Shown here: in pieces, positions 63,552-64,000 of the stretch
Numbering within the stretch: position 1 is the first letter of the stretch
How the letters are laid out: each line of letters opens with the position of its first letter
Source of the DNA: Mytilus trossulus
Lineage: Eukaryota
Reading direction: 5' to 3'
DNA length: 64,000 nt
Assembly (NCBI RefSeq): GCF_036588685.1
Contig: NC_086379.1
Span: 78,864,001 to 78,928,000, forward strand
Notes under the pieces: generated by a model
What the model saw: the letters and a program-made list of their open reading frames with translations, nothing else
The model's database searches: none
Told to the model about the DNA's origin: nothing
Position numbers and translations under genes: made by a program

Positions 63552-64000
63552 TACACTTTGTTTACATTACTTTCCTGGTACTTTCGAACTTATATCTAAT
63601 CGTGCGAATTTCACTTTAAATTAGTCATAGTTATATTTTGTCCGCCTGTTTTTTTATACATCAAACCAGACCACGAAAAGTAAAAGGCAACATATTCACG
63701 AAATATTATTATCAACAGGTCTTCTGAAACAGGTGTGGAACTGTCAACACGGCGTAGTAATATATAAGGTAACCGGAACTGAAAGGTTACACTATTGCTA
63801 ACCTGTAACAAATATTCGTATAGTAAGGTCACAATTGCTAACCTGCAACAAGGATTTGTATAGTCTCATTGTCAGGATCTCGAGGCCTGGATCTTTAATT
63901 TTGAAATTAATAATGAGGAAGTGGCTATTTTGATAGAGTTTTGCTATTTTGCCGGTCCGGCTTTATAAATTAAGAATAGACAAAAATATAGAAACATACA

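Noticed and set aside
1-64000. Autonomous transposase or reverse transcriptase, tRNA, rRNA or snoRNA genes
   Set aside because: No ORF with DDE, RT or Rep-Hel motifs, and no recognisable structured RNA by eye; a covariance-model scan would be needed to exclude small intronic RNAs.

Overview
AT-rich eukaryotic genomic DNA with intron-rich genes. The repeat families look like those of a bivalve mollusc, probably Mytilus-like (inference). Three protein-coding genes were reconstructed by hand from GT-AG boundaries and frame continuity. (1) The 5' end of exportin-6 (XPO6, minus strand) runs off the left edge. (2) TOMM22 (plus strand, 3 coding exons, 131 aa) lies head-to-head with XPO6, about 290 bp away. 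(3) A complete MPRIP/TRIOBP/outspread-family gene (minus strand, 63551 to 12967) has 23 coding exons and about 2591 aa, with two PH domains, coiled coils and one 4110-nt exon. The introns hold many non-autonomous elements (hAT-, Sola-, Kolobok- and mariner-like MITEs, Helentron-type HINEs, a SINE-like family) and minisatellites; no autonomous transposase was seen. The most unusual signal is that tandem duplications repeatedly copy splice junctions. About 26 copies of a 64-bp unit carry the giant exon's 3' end and its intact GTAAGT donor. The XPO6 exon-2 acceptor is triplicated, and its intact decoy copy has an adjacent 11-nt antisense stretch that could mask it.
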